From contig JBAZSC010000001.1 in the NCBI GenBank assembly GCA_041662665.1, positions 577,511-641,510 on the forward strand: a stretch of DNA of 64,000 bases, read 5' to 3'. The stretch comes from Patescibacteria group bacterium (GTDB taxonomy: Bacteria; Patescibacteriota; JABMPQ01; JAQVVF01). Within the stretch, counting starts at the first letter, position 1. Every line of letters begins with the position of its first letter. The notes under the pieces were generated by a model. It saw only the letters and a list, made by a program, of their open reading frames with translations. It searched no databases and was not told where the DNA came from. The position numbers and the translations under genes are program-made. Of this stretch, positions 32,576-42,186 are shown piece after piece.

Positions 32576-32618
32576 ATATGATTTTTATTTTACTCTATAT
32601 AATTTAGTCATAATATAA

Positions 32619-32718
32619 TACGAATTTACGAATTATGCAAATGTTGCGAATATACAAATACGACGATTTGCATATTTGTATCATTTGCATTTATTTGTAT
32701 ATTCGTATTATATTTTCA
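32619..32718. repeat. ATTYG-family palindromic tract (both arms present)
   Basis: acgaatttacgaattatgcaaatgttgcgaatatacaaat...atttgcatatttgtatcatttgcatttatttgtatattcgtatt. Confidence 0.8.
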
Positions 32719-33803
32719 AACAAAGACAAATACTTTCCACAAATTCTATCCCAACTATATTGTTTAGAATTATATTCAAATGAATTTCTGGCAAACAATC
32801 TCGCATAATCTGGATCATTCAAAAATTTATTTATGTTCTTTATGAATGATTTCGAATTCAGAGATTCAACTAAAACACCATTTTTTTTATTTTTAATTGC
32901 ATCTTTGATGCCTTCAATATCAGAAGCCAAAACAGGTAAACCCCAATTTGAAGCTTCAATTGCCACAATTCCAAAACCTTCCAAATCATTCTTAATTTTT
33001 ATATTTGGCATTACAAAGACATCAGATGCATAACAAACTCTTTTTAATTCTATTTCAGAAAGTCTGCCTAATAAAAAAACTCTATTTTCCAATTTCTGTT
33101 TTGAAATAATACTTTTGATTCTTGAAGCATCATTTCCAGATCCAACGATAAGATAATCAATACTTTCATCTAAATTTGGCATTACATTTTTCACAAACCA
33201 AGCCACGCCTTTTCTCTTTATTAATCTTCCGACAGTTATCAAAACTTTTCTTTTTTTCATCTGCTTTTTACAATATTTAAACAGATATTTTTTATAACTT
33301 GATTTAACTTTTAAATAAGACAATCTAGATTTATGCAAAGAACTCAAAACATCATTTTTATAAAAATCAACGCCATTTGGAATAAACAAGCACTTTTCTT
33401 TTGGAACATTTCTTTTCACACATTCATCAATTGTTGAATTTGAAACACAAATAACTTTATCCAAATGTTTTAATTGTCTGACAATAACAAATTGATACAA
33501 AGGATTTGAATAAGTCACATCCAATCCATGAGCAGTTATCAAAACAGGTTTCTTTGTTAAAAATTTCAAAATAGAACCTGCCATTGCCATAAAAGAATCG
33601 CAGAAATAAATCAAATCGCAATCGCGCGACATAAAAAAACCTTTGATTATAGAATAGGGAATAAACCAAACTAAATGCCATTGCGATCTTTTTAAAGCAA
33701 TCAATCTTTTTTGACAATCAATATTCTCAATCAAACCCTTGCTATATTTTTCCATTCCACCAATTTGCGGTGGATATTTTCTAGTTATAAATAATACTTT
33801 CAT
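32691..33803 (-). CDS. Glycosyltransferase family 4
   Basis: MKVLFITRKYPPQIGGME, VGRLIKRKG, DLEGFGIVAIEA. Confidence 0.92.
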   Translation of the reverse strand: MKVLFITRKYPPQIGGMEKYSKGLIENIDCQKRLIALKRSQWHLVWFIPYSIIKGFFMSRDCDLIYFCDSFMAMAGSILKFLTKKPVLITAHGLDVTYSNPLYQFVIVRQLKHLDKVICVSNSTIDECVKRNVPKEKCLFIPNGVDFYKNDVLSSLHKSRLSYLKVKSSYKKYLFKYCKKQMKKRKVLITVGRLIKRKGVAWFVKNVMPNLDESIDYLIVGSGNDASRIKSIISKQKLENRVFLLGRLSEIELKRVCYASDVFVMPNIKIKNDLEGFGIVAIEASNWGLPVLASDIEGIKDAIKNKKNGVLVESLNSKSFIKNINKFLNDPDYARLFARNSFEYNSKQYSWDRICGKYLSLFENIIRIYK

Positions 33804-33821
33804 AAATTTTAAAAGCACTTA

Positions 33822-33870
33822 AAATCAGCATCGTATCAGCGTTCGAAATCAGCGTAGAATCTGCTTCTAT
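33822..33870 (+). repeat. ATCAGCG-family element
   Basis: aaatcagcatcgtatcagcgttcgaaatcagcgtagaatctgcttcta. Confidence 0.85.
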
Positions 33871-34811
33871 TTCCGAAATTCCATCCTTTTTATTTTATAC
33901 AATATTTCCTCCAATAATTTTCTATTCCATCCAATTGCAGATCCTAACAGCCCAATCACTAACACTTGAAAACCAATCATCATCAAAGCACCAGCCAAAA
34001 TCAAAGATTGAATATGGCCAGTTCCATTGCCAATAAGATAATAATATAAAAACCTAATAACAAATAATAAGCCAGCACCAAATAGAATAGAGCCCATTAT
34101 ACTCATTACTCGCAATGGTTTATAAATCGTAAAAGTTCTTGTTATAACCATCAAAGATTTTACAATGTGAGACGGAATGCTTTTGATCAATCTTGATTTT
34201 CTATTCACTTTCCTTGCACGAATTGGAACTTCAGCAATCAACATATCATGATCAAGAGCTTGAATTACTGATTCATGAGTATAAGTATGTTTTGATAAAA
34301 TATTTATTTTCATTGCCGCTTCTTTTGTATAAGCTCGAAATCCAGAAGAAACATCATATTTTCTTGGCAAATCAACAACTTTATATACAATATAATTTCC
34401 AAACATGTTTCCATATTTATTGAATTTCGGCATAAAATCCAAATCTCGCACACATCTATTTGCAATCACAATGTCAGCCTTATTTTTCAAAATTGGAGCA
34501 ATCAAATCAGGAATTCTTGTCTGATCATAGTGATTATCAGCATCAGTATTTACAATAATATCAGCCCCAAACCATAATGCAGCAGTTACCGCATCTTTGA
34601 AAGTAATTGCCAATCCTTTATTTTTTTTATGTGAAATAACATAATCAGCGCCAGCTTCTTTTGCGATGCTTGCTGTATTATCAATTGACCCATCATCCAA
34701 AACTAGCACTTCTACTTTTTTAATACCAAAAATCTGCCTAGGAATTTCTCTAATCACTTCAGCAATATTCGCTTCTTCGTTAAATGCCGGTATTGTAATA
34801 ATTAATTTCAT
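33867..34811 (-). CDS. GT2 polyprenol-phosphate glycosyltransferase (DPM-synthase-like) with two C-terminal TM
   Basis: IPAFNEE, DDGSID, NTDADNHY, DVSSGFRAY. Confidence 0.88.
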   Translation of the reverse strand: MKLIITIPAFNEEANIAEVIREIPRQIFGIKKVEVLVLDDGSIDNTASIAKEAGADYVISHKKNKGLAITFKDAVTAALWFGADIIVNTDADNHYDQTRIPDLIAPILKNKADIVIANRCVRDLDFMPKFNKYGNMFGNYIVYKVVDLPRKYDVSSGFRAYTKEAAMKINILSKHTYTHESVIQALDHDMLIAEVPIRARKVNRKSRLIKSIPSHIVKSLMVITRTFTIYKPLRVMSIMGSILFGAGLLFVIRFLYYYLIGNGTGHIQSLILAGALMMIGFQVLVIGLLGSAIGWNRKLLEEILYKIKRMEFRK

Positions 34812-34816
34812 AGTAG

Positions 34817-34855
34817 AACTTTATGGACTTTATAACTTTAAAAACTTTATAAACT
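34817..34855 (+). repeat. ACTTTA-family element
   Basis: aactttatggactttataactttaaaaactttataaact. Confidence 0.75.
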
Positions 34856-34906
34856 AATTATCATATATCATCTTACATTTTACCCCATAATAAAAAAAAA
34901 TCAATC

Positions 34907-34970
34907 TTGACAGATTTAAAATATGTATCTATACTTATTTAATTGTTCCTTACCACCCACGAAGAGGAGG
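34907..34970 (+). promoter_or_regulatory. Sigma70 promoter and strong SD (cassette B)
   Basis: TTGACA(34907)-17-TATACT(34930); GAGGAGG at 34964. Confidence 0.8.
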
Positions 34971-34980
34971 AAAGAAAAAG

Positions 34981-35337
34981 ATGAAAATCGCCAAAATCAG
35001 AAAAAACAGAGCTATATCAGCTCAAAAAATCAGAGAAGACATGTATGCTACGCTTCTCAACTTTATGCTCGAACTCAACCAGCGTCTACCCTTTGACACA
35101 GATAGCCTCCATGAATTAGAAGGTATTACAGATGACCTTGAACAAAAAGGTGAAACAAGACTAGAGATTACAACAGATAAACCAAATCAAGTTATTGAAA
35201 TTTTCGCTAAAATTAACACCAGACACAGCAACGATAGTGGTATTTTTCTTCCTGGCACAAGATTCTCACTTAGCATAGCTCCACCTGAAGTTAACAATTC
35301 AACAATCGTTTTACACATCAGATTAGTACTTTTCTAA
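34981..35337 (+). CDS. Orphan hypothetical protein (cassette B)
   Basis: SD-led ORF, 118 aa, no recognised motif. Confidence 0.75.
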   Translation: MKIAKIRKNRAISAQKIREDMYATLLNFMLELNQRLPFDTDSLHELEGITDDLEQKGETRLEITTDKPNQVIEIFAKINTRHSNDSGIFLPGTRFSLSIAPPEVNNSTIVLHIRLVLF

Positions 35338-35344
35338 ACATATT

Positions 35345-35366
35345 ACTCCTTATTAGGAGTTTTTTT
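35345..35366 (+). terminator. Intrinsic terminator (cassette B)
   Basis: ACTCCT-tatt-AGGAGT followed by a T-run. Confidence 0.8.
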
Positions 35367-35381
35367 ATTTACAATAGATTC

Positions 35382-35445
35382 TTTACAAATCAAAAATATT
35401 TATCTATACTTATTCAATTGTACATTCTCAACTCAAGAGAGGAGG
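35382..35445 (+). promoter_or_regulatory. Sigma70 promoter and strong SD (cassette C)
   Basis: TTTACA(35382)-17-TATACT(35405); GAGGAGG at 35439. Confidence 0.75.
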
Positions 35446-35453
35446 AAAGAAAA

Positions 35454-35825
35454 ATGACCACCGACACAAACGAACTCAGAGAATTTCACAATAAATATCT
35501 AGAAGCACTTAAAATCGTCACAGCAATGCTTCAACAATACGAAAACGCTGTTCAAACACTACTAGATCAATATCCTGACATTCTCTCAATCATGACCCAA
35601 AGCGACTGGAATTACATGGTAAAACAAGCTCTGCTTTATGGAACACATTCTCAAGACTTTACAGGTTACAAATTACCAAAAAAATTTTTCTTCCAAAACC
35701 AATGCCTGACTATCAAACCGTCTCTTGAAATTTCTTTTGAAACGAAAGATGAAGACAATGAACCTTCGGGTTTCTGTACCACAAAAGTTACCATCAAAAT
35801 TACTTCGCACCCTTTGAACCAATAG
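35454..35825 (+). CDS. Orphan hypothetical protein (cassette C)
   Basis: SD-led ATG at 35454 (MTTDTNELREF...). Confidence 0.75.
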   Translation: MTTDTNELREFHNKYLEALKIVTAMLQQYENAVQTLLDQYPDILSIMTQSDWNYMVKQALLYGTHSQDFTGYKLPKKFFFQNQCLTIKPSLEISFETKDEDNEPSGFCTTKVTIKITSHPLNQ

Positions 35826-35847
35826 CTCCTGAATTAGGAGTTTTTTT
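35826..35847 (+). terminator. Intrinsic terminator (cassette C)
   Basis: CTCCT-gaatt-AGGAG followed by a T-run. Confidence 0.8.
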
Positions 35848-35858
35848 ATAAACACAAC

Positions 35859-35916
35859 TTGACAGATCAAAATTATTTTTTTATACTCATTTAAATTGTT
35901 CCTTCAACAAGGAGGG
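35859..35916 (+). promoter_or_regulatory. Sigma70 promoter and strong SD (cassette D)
   Basis: TTGACA(35859)-17-TATACT(35882); AAGGAGGG at 35909. Confidence 0.8.
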
Positions 35917-35925
35917 AAAGAAAAA

Positions 35926-36318
35926 GTGACACCAGAAGAATCCGCAAGTTTTACCCAAGATCTCCAACATCTTTCAGAACATGGTTCTCGCTATTTAAAG
36001 TTATATTTTCTAGTTAGAAATGAATGGAAACGACTTTTTAGTAATCTGTATCTAGGCGAAAGTCCAAAAGATGTAGAACAAATTGCTCTAGAATTGATCA
36101 TGAAAGGCAAATCAGAAAATAGCTTAGGACACTACGGAACGGTTGGAGATATCATTCAAGCGTATTTAAATTTCATGTCACTACTTCCCGAATCGGAAAT
36201 TATTAATGTCGAAATGAAATGGAATGAGAGTACTGATAAACAAATTGATAAACCAAATATTTATATTGATGTTACATTTTTCCTAATCCAACATCCCTTG
36301 AATATTCAAAAAGACTAA
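35926..36318 (+). CDS. Orphan hypothetical protein (cassette D)
   Basis: SD-led GTG at 35926 (MTPEESASFTQDL...). Confidence 0.72.
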   Translation: MTPEESASFTQDLQHLSEHGSRYLKLYFLVRNEWKRLFSNLYLGESPKDVEQIALELIMKGKSENSLGHYGTVGDIIQAYLNFMSLLPESEIINVEMKWNESTDKQIDKPNIYIDVTFFLIQHPLNIQKD

Positions 36319-36327
36319 CCGCTCATT

Positions 36328-36350
36328 ACTCCTTAATCGGAGTTTTTTTT
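36328..36350 (+). terminator. Intrinsic terminator (cassette D)
   Basis: ACTCC-ttaatc-GGAGT followed by a T-run. Confidence 0.8.
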
Positions 36351-36351
36351 A

Positions 36352-36393
36352 TTTCTGCGTTTTTCTGCGTTCACTTCTGCGTATTTCTGCGTT
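36352..36393 (+). repeat. TTCTGCG-family element
   Basis: tttctgcgtttttctgcgttcacttctgcgtatttctgcgtt; encodes the C-terminus and stop of the flippase. Confidence 0.85.
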
Positions 36394-37837
36394 GATTTAA
36401 TAATAATTTAATCTGTCCAATTTCACCTTGTCTAAAAAATCTCGTTGCAAAAAGTAGAATAAAAAATAATATTAACAAACATAAATTCAAAAGTATGGAT
36501 GTATAAAAAGAATAATTATTAAACAAATAGCTTAATGCCAAAAGACCGCCAGAAATTAAAACTAATTTGATAATTCTCATCCATTCATATACAACTTTAT
36601 AATAAAAATTAGAAACAAAATAAGTTAAGACAACCATCAAAACAAAACAAACAAAAGTTGACCAGGCAGCAGCCATCATTCCATATTTTGGAATAAATAT
36701 TATGTTCAAAATAATATTTAAGATTGCAGGAATTCCAACTAATAGGGGATAATATTTTGTTTTTTCTTCTAAATGCAAACCCGGCACAATCACAAAATGC
36801 ATGCCGTACAAAACATAAGAAAAAGCAATCAATGGAATTATTTTATAAGCATCAAAATATTCTGGTGATGAAACAACTTCCACAATTTGTTTTGCAAAAA
36901 TAGAAATTGTCAAAGCAATAAAAGAAGAAACAAGCAACCAATATGTCAAAGTTCGCGCATAAATTTGTTTTGTGTCATTTCTTTTTGCAACTGAAAAAGA
37001 AATCGTAGGCCAAGCAAGTTGAAAAGGAGTTACGAGTAAAATTGAAACTATAAATCCAATTTTATAACCAAGAGAATACAAACCAACCTCTGTCAAAGAA
37101 TCATAAACTTTCAAAAAATATCTATCAGACAAATCCATTACCCACATTGCCAGAGATGCTGGAATAATTGGAATTCCAAAAGCAAATAATTTTCTCAACA
37201 AATCTTTTGAAAAACTTAATTTAAGATAAGGAATTAAATTAAAAAGGAAAGGCACGCTGATAAATACTTGAGCAATAAAATTACCAAGCATTATGCCAAA
37301 CACACCCATTTTTGCAAACGCTACAAAATAAATATTTAGTCCCAAAACTAAACCAAACTTTAATAACGAAAAAATAATATATTTTACAGATTTTTCTTCG
37401 GCGCGAAAAACAGAAAAAGCAAGTGCCAAAAATACTGCAAACAAATTTGTAATCAATAATAAATTTACTAAATTTGCATATTGTGTTCCACCCAAAAATG
37501 TGTTTGCAATAAAATCTCTAAATAACCACAAAACCAAAGTGGATAAAATAGCAAGCGGAATTATAAACAAAAATGCAGTGCCAACCAATTGTTTCTGTTC
37601 AACGTCAGTCTTGCAATCTCTTTCATAACATTTAAAAATTGCCGAAGCAAAACCAAAAGACAAAAGCATTGATAAAATCAAAATCAAAGTATTCAAAATT
37701 TCCAACTGGCCATAATCAGCAGGTGATAAATACCTCGTGTACATTGGAATCAAAATAAACCCAACAATACTTTGCGCTAATGATCCAATAGCATAAACAA
37801 AAGAATGTTTAAATAATCTCCTAAATTGATCTAGCAT
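36371..37837 (-). CDS. Wzx/MOP-family flippase
   Basis: IPMYTRYLSPADYG, DLSDRYFL, VGLYSLGYK, IPKYGMMAAA. Confidence 0.9.
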   Translation of the reverse strand: MLDQFRRLFKHSFVYAIGSLAQSIVGFILIPMYTRYLSPADYGQLEILNTLILILSMLLSFGFASAIFKCYERDCKTDVEQKQLVGTAFLFIIPLAILSTLVLWLFRDFIANTFLGGTQYANLVNLLLITNLFAVFLALAFSVFRAEEKSVKYIIFSLLKFGLVLGLNIYFVAFAKMGVFGIMLGNFIAQVFISVPFLFNLIPYLKLSFSKDLLRKLFAFGIPIIPASLAMWVMDLSDRYFLKVYDSLTEVGLYSLGYKIGFIVSILLVTPFQLAWPTISFSVAKRNDTKQIYARTLTYWLLVSSFIALTISIFAKQIVEVVSSPEYFDAYKIIPLIAFSYVLYGMHFVIVPGLHLEEKTKYYPLLVGIPAILNIILNIIFIPKYGMMAAAWSTFVCFVLMVVLTYFVSNFYYKVVYEWMRIIKLVLISGGLLALSYLFNNYSFYTSILLNLCLLILFFILLFATRFFRQGEIGQIKLLLNQRRNTQK

Positions 37838-37856
37838 TATTTAAAACCTAAATAAA

Positions 37857-37944
37857 TTATTCAGCTTTCGTATCAGCGTTAGAATCAGTGCGTAATCAAC
37901 TTCTACATATCAGCGTTCGAAATCAGCGCCGAATCAGCTTCTAC
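37857..37944 (+). repeat. Two head-to-tail ATCAGCG-family elements
   Basis: ttattcagctttcgtatcagcgttagaatcagtgcgtaatcaacttctac followed by atatcagcgttcgaaatcagcgccgaatcagcttctac. Confidence 0.85.
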
Positions 37945-38028
37945 ATAAATTTAACACAAAAATACTATTTTGTGAATTTATTAAAAATGCTAAACTACAT
38001 TAAACAACAAAATTATATTAAAAACAAA

Positions 38029-39849
38029 ATGAAAAAAGTAACAATATCTCTTTTTATTGTTAGTTTAATAATTTTATTAGGACTTCCTGTCCAAGCCCAG
38101 CCTCAATTCATTTCAACTGATTTTATATTTGATTTTGCTGCTTATGGCGATCCTCAAAATAGTAATGTTGTTCATTTAGAATTAGTTGATCAAATTACTC
38201 CTTTAGCACCATCATTTACGTTAAACATGGGAGATATTGTCCAAAATGCGCTTCTTGAAGAACAGTGGACAATGTTTAAAACTGTAATAACTTCTTTATT
38301 AGTTCAGCCACTCAAAAAAGGACTTGATCGAAATTACTATCCGACAATTGGCAATCATGATATTCCTCTAGAAAATTATCAAAAAACTTTTGAACTAACA
38401 TCAGAATATTATTCATTTGACTATCAAGGATATCATTTTATCAGCTTAGATACCGAAATAGATGGGTTGCCTGACAGTCAACAATATTCTTGGCTTCAAA
38501 ATGATTTATCTATAGCAAATCAATCTGGAAAAAAATCGATTGTCTTTTTTCATGAACCTCTTTATGGAAGATTAATTCATTATACTGAAAATACGGAACT
38601 AAGAAATGCCTGGACTCCATTATTTCAACAAAATAATGTCAAATTAGTTTTTAATGGCCATGCTCATATTTATCAAAGAACATATCCATTATATGACAAT
38701 GCAATAAACTATGATCAAGGCATAATTTATATTACAACAGGAGGAGCAGGTGGAGAATTAGGAATAATTGAGAATAACTGGTGGGCAGAAAAAGAAGAAA
38801 GTGTTTATCATTATGTTTATATTCAAATTACAAATAGCAAAATTATTATTAGCGCAGTAAACGAAGCTGGACAAATTTTTGACAATTTTGAAATCATTAA
38901 CAATAACAATGAAAAAAATATTATTTCAACATCAACTGATCAAAGAAACAAAATTAATTTTTTTTCGGCATCAGGAAAATCAAAATCAAATTCATTTTAC
39001 CCGCTGAATAATTCGTCAAAAACAGGAGTCAGACTTGCAAGCGGAGATATTGATCTAGATGGGAAAGATGAAATTATCACTGGAGCAGGACAAGGAGAAC
39101 AATCATTAGTTAAAATATTTGAATCAGACGGAAGATTAGTAAGTAAATTTCATGCTTTCAAAAAAAATTATTTGGGTGGAATAGATGTTGCTGCCGGTGA
39201 TATAAATAACGATGGTCAAGATGAAATTGCAGTTTCAAAACTAACGGAAAATTCACAGACAAAAATATTTAACTATAATGGAAAAACAATATATTTCGAT
39301 AAAAAAGTTTTCAAAGAATTAATTGGTGCAACTGTTGCATTGGGAGACATCGACAATGATAAGCAAGACGAATTAATTATCGGAACAAATAATGGAATCA
39401 GATCTAAAGTCATTTTTTACGAAATACTTTCTTATTCAAAAAAAGGAAAGCTCAAAAAAATAGAAATTTCGCCATTCAAAAAAGAATATACAAATGGCAT
39501 CGACGTTTCTTCTGGAGATATTAATGGTGATGGCAAAGAAGAAATCGGCATTTCAAAATTAAATAAAAAATCAAAAGTTAAAATTTACAAATACAATAAA
39601 AAAAGAAAAGTTTTAGGAAATTTTAATGCATTTAATAAAAAATATGTAACTGGTACAAACATTGATATGTTTGATACAAATTCTGATGGTATAACTGAAA
39701 TAATTTCTAGTATGACTGAAAGTAAAACAAATCAACCTAAAACAATAGTTCATAATTATCTAGGCAATATTATAACTAAATCCTTTTTATCTATAAACAA
39801 AAAAATATCGAATAACGTTATTTCAATTGGAATAAATAAAAATAAATAA
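38029..39849 (+). CDS. Secreted metallophosphoesterase with C-terminal FG-GAP repeats
   Basis: Signal peptide from ATG 38029 (MKKVTISLF...); YGDPQ, NMGD, IGNHD, GHAHIYQR; GDIDLDGKDEI-type repeats. Confidence 0.88.
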   Translation: MKKVTISLFIVSLIILLGLPVQAQPQFISTDFIFDFAAYGDPQNSNVVHLELVDQITPLAPSFTLNMGDIVQNALLEEQWTMFKTVITSLLVQPLKKGLDRNYYPTIGNHDIPLENYQKTFELTSEYYSFDYQGYHFISLDTEIDGLPDSQQYSWLQNDLSIANQSGKKSIVFFHEPLYGRLIHYTENTELRNAWTPLFQQNNVKLVFNGHAHIYQRTYPLYDNAINYDQGIIYITTGGAGGELGIIENNWWAEKEESVYHYVYIQITNSKIIISAVNEAGQIFDNFEIINNNNEKNIISTSTDQRNKINFFSASGKSKSNSFYPLNNSSKTGVRLASGDIDLDGKDEIITGAGQGEQSLVKIFESDGRLVSKFHAFKKNYLGGIDVAAGDINNDGQDEIAVSKLTENSQTKIFNYNGKTIYFDKKVFKELIGATVALGDIDNDKQDELIIGTNNGIRSKVIFYEILSYSKKGKLKKIEISPFKKEYTNGIDVSSGDINGDGKEEIGISKLNKKSKVKIYKYNKKRKVLGNFNAFNKKYVTGTNIDMFDTNSDGITEIISSMTESKTNQPKTIVHNYLGNIITKSFLSINKKISNNVISIGINKNK

Positions 39850-39857
39850 TAAAAAAT

Positions 39858-42137
39858 ATGAAAAAAATAGTCGCGATTCTAACATTTTTCTTCATCTGTT
39901 GCATTTCTCAAAACGCAAATGCAGCTTATGGAGATGTCACAACATGGCTTAGCAGAATTTATACAGGCGATGGTGGACAACCTAGACAAGCATATTTAGA
40001 CTTTTGTGAAGATGTCTTATTTGATAAAGGTGGCAATATGATAATTGCCGATACCTATAACAATGTTATCAGAAAAACAAACAGCAGTACGACAAAAATT
40101 ATAACTTTAGCAGGTACAGGATCATATGGAGAACGAGATGGAAAAGCCAACCAAGCAGAATTTGGACAACCTCGTGGCCTTGCATTATCAGGAAGTACAA
40201 CTTTTGTTGCAGATACTTGGAATCATAAAATAAGAAAAATATCTAATGGCAATGTTACTACAATAGTTGATGATGGATTATATTTTCCTGAAGGTGTTGA
40301 AGTTTATGGATCAACTCTTTATATAGCTGATACAGGACATGGATCAATTAAAAAAACATCTCTCAATGGGGGAAAAGTAACAACGCTCATAAGCGGAAAA
40401 GGATTAATTGCGCCTGTTAAACTTAGAGCTGATTTAACTGGTAAAAATCTTTATGTTGCAGATATAGAAGCGCATAAATTATTTAAAATTAGCACTTCAA
40501 ATGGCACAATTGAAACAATTGCCGGAAGTACAGAAGGATACAAAGATGCGACAGGAACAAATGCAAAATTTCGTTTTTTAGCAGGTGTTGTTTTGGATGA
40601 AATACAAAACAGCCTTTTTGTAACAGATGGCAATGGCTCAACTGATTATGTCAGAAAAATAAATTTAGCTACCAGAGAAGCTACCACAATCGCAACTGAT
40701 CCAATTATGGTTACTCTTAATTATCCAAAAGGTCTAGACATTAAAGGAAATTACATTTTTGTCGCCAATTCTGGCATCAGTTCAATACAAAGAATACATC
40801 GCTATACTGGAGTAACATTGCAAGATGGCGATCGTGTTGCTGGTAAAAAACGATTCGAAAACGATTTTGGAAAAAGAACACGCTCATTGGTGGGTCGTCC
40901 AAACGACATGATATATTCACTAAAGAAAAAGAATATTTATGTTGCTGAAAATAATTTAATTAGAAAAATTAGGGTAAAAGATCGTTTCACGAAACACGTA
41001 GTTGGAAGTGTTGTTGATGCATATAAAGAGGGTATTGGCTCAGCTGCACGATTTAGTAGTATTTCATCAATTATTTTAGATAAAACTGGCAAATACCTAT
41101 ATCTTACAGACCGTTGGAATAATAGGATTAGAAGAGTCAATTTAGCAACACAAGAAACAGAATTAGTCTCAGGCAGCGGCGAAAAAGACTGTACAGGACA
41201 ATGTAATGGCTATGAAGAAGGCTCAAAAAATACAGCTCATTTTAGCAATCCTTCAGGAATCACTATTTCTCCTGATAATAAATATCTATACGTTACAGAC
41301 ACATCTAATAATCGAATTAGAAGAGTGGAAATATCAACTGGAGAAACATCATTTATAGCTGGCTCTGGAGAATCAACCTATGCAGATGGAATCGGCAAAA
41401 CTGCATCATTCAACCGTCCTTATGCCATTACAATAAACAAGGCTGGAACAAAACTTTATGTCGCAGATTCATACAATAACAGAATCAGAGAAATCGATAT
41501 AGCTTCAAAAAAAGTAACAACATTAGCTGGCAATAATATCCGTGGCTATCGTGATGGTTATAGAACAGATGCTTCATTTTCAACACCAAACTATGTCAAA
41601 ATGGGGAGCGATAATTTTTTATATACAACAGAAGCTGGTACTCATACAGTTCGAGTCATTGATCCAAGAAATGGTTTAGTTAAAACAATCACCGGCACAG
41701 ATACAAGAGGCTTTCAAAACGGAGATAGATATCACACTGAATTCAATAACCCATCAGGCATCTTGCTTAGACCAAAAAAAGGAAAATTATACGTTGCCGA
41801 CACCTGGAATGATTTAATTAGAAAGGTTGACATCACAGGTTCTCACAAATTTTACGAAAAAGCTCCAGTTGTCACAGGAATTTTACCAACAAATCGTTAT
41901 CCATATTCAGGAAATCCGAGTGAAACAAAATATCTTGATGTCACAGGTTTTAATTTTATGTCAGCTGCAACAGCATATTTTGGATCCTTCAAAGCCAATA
42001 AAACATATTTCAAAAATTCAACTGCTTTGACAGCTGTCATTCCATTCGGTAAAATGCCAAAAGGTACCTATGATGTTAAAGTTGTAAATATTGATGGCCA
42101 GGAATATACCAAAAAGGGTGCATTCGTTATTGAATAA
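39858..42137 (+). CDS. Secreted NHL-repeat beta-propeller protein with C-terminal IPT/TIG-like domain
   Basis: Many PxGL/I...YVADTxNxxIRK repeats; C-terminal GTYDVKVVNIDGQ. Confidence 0.88.
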   Translation: MKKIVAILTFFFICCISQNANAAYGDVTTWLSRIYTGDGGQPRQAYLDFCEDVLFDKGGNMIIADTYNNVIRKTNSSTTKIITLAGTGSYGERDGKANQAEFGQPRGLALSGSTTFVADTWNHKIRKISNGNVTTIVDDGLYFPEGVEVYGSTLYIADTGHGSIKKTSLNGGKVTTLISGKGLIAPVKLRADLTGKNLYVADIEAHKLFKISTSNGTIETIAGSTEGYKDATGTNAKFRFLAGVVLDEIQNSLFVTDGNGSTDYVRKINLATREATTIATDPIMVTLNYPKGLDIKGNYIFVANSGISSIQRIHRYTGVTLQDGDRVAGKKRFENDFGKRTRSLVGRPNDMIYSLKKKNIYVAENNLIRKIRVKDRFTKHVVGSVVDAYKEGIGSAARFSSISSIILDKTGKYLYLTDRWNNRIRRVNLATQETELVSGSGEKDCTGQCNGYEEGSKNTAHFSNPSGITISPDNKYLYVTDTSNNRIRRVEISTGETSFIAGSGESTYADGIGKTASFNRPYAITINKAGTKLYVADSYNNRIREIDIASKKVTTLAGNNIRGYRDGYRTDASFSTPNYVKMGSDNFLYTTEAGTHTVRVIDPRNGLVKTITGTDTRGFQNGDRYHTEFNNPSGILLRPKKGKLYVADTWNDLIRKVDITGSHKFYEKAPVVTGILPTNRYPYSGNPSETKYLDVTGFNFMSAATAYFGSFKANKTYFKNSTALTAVIPFGKMPKGTYDVKVVNIDGQEYTKKGAFVIE

Positions 42138-42138
42138 G

Positions 42139-42180
42139 AATTCGAAAAGTAATTCGCAATATTCGAAAATTTATTTGAGT
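42139..42180 (+). repeat. ATTCGAAAA-family ~43-bp element
   Basis: aattcgaaaagtaattcgcaatattcgaaaatttatttgagt. Confidence 0.8.
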
Positions 42181-42186
42181 AATATT

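Noticed and set aside
30602-36318. Prophage remnant explaining the orphan genes
   Set aside because: No phage structural, replication or integrase genes; the orphans are interleaved singly with glycosylation genes. A phage origin for individual cassettes is not excluded
34907-36350. Classical integron with attC sites
   Set aside because: I could not find RYYYAAC/GTTRRRY-bounded attC arms or an integrase; each ORF has its own promoter and terminator, unlike typical integron cassettes
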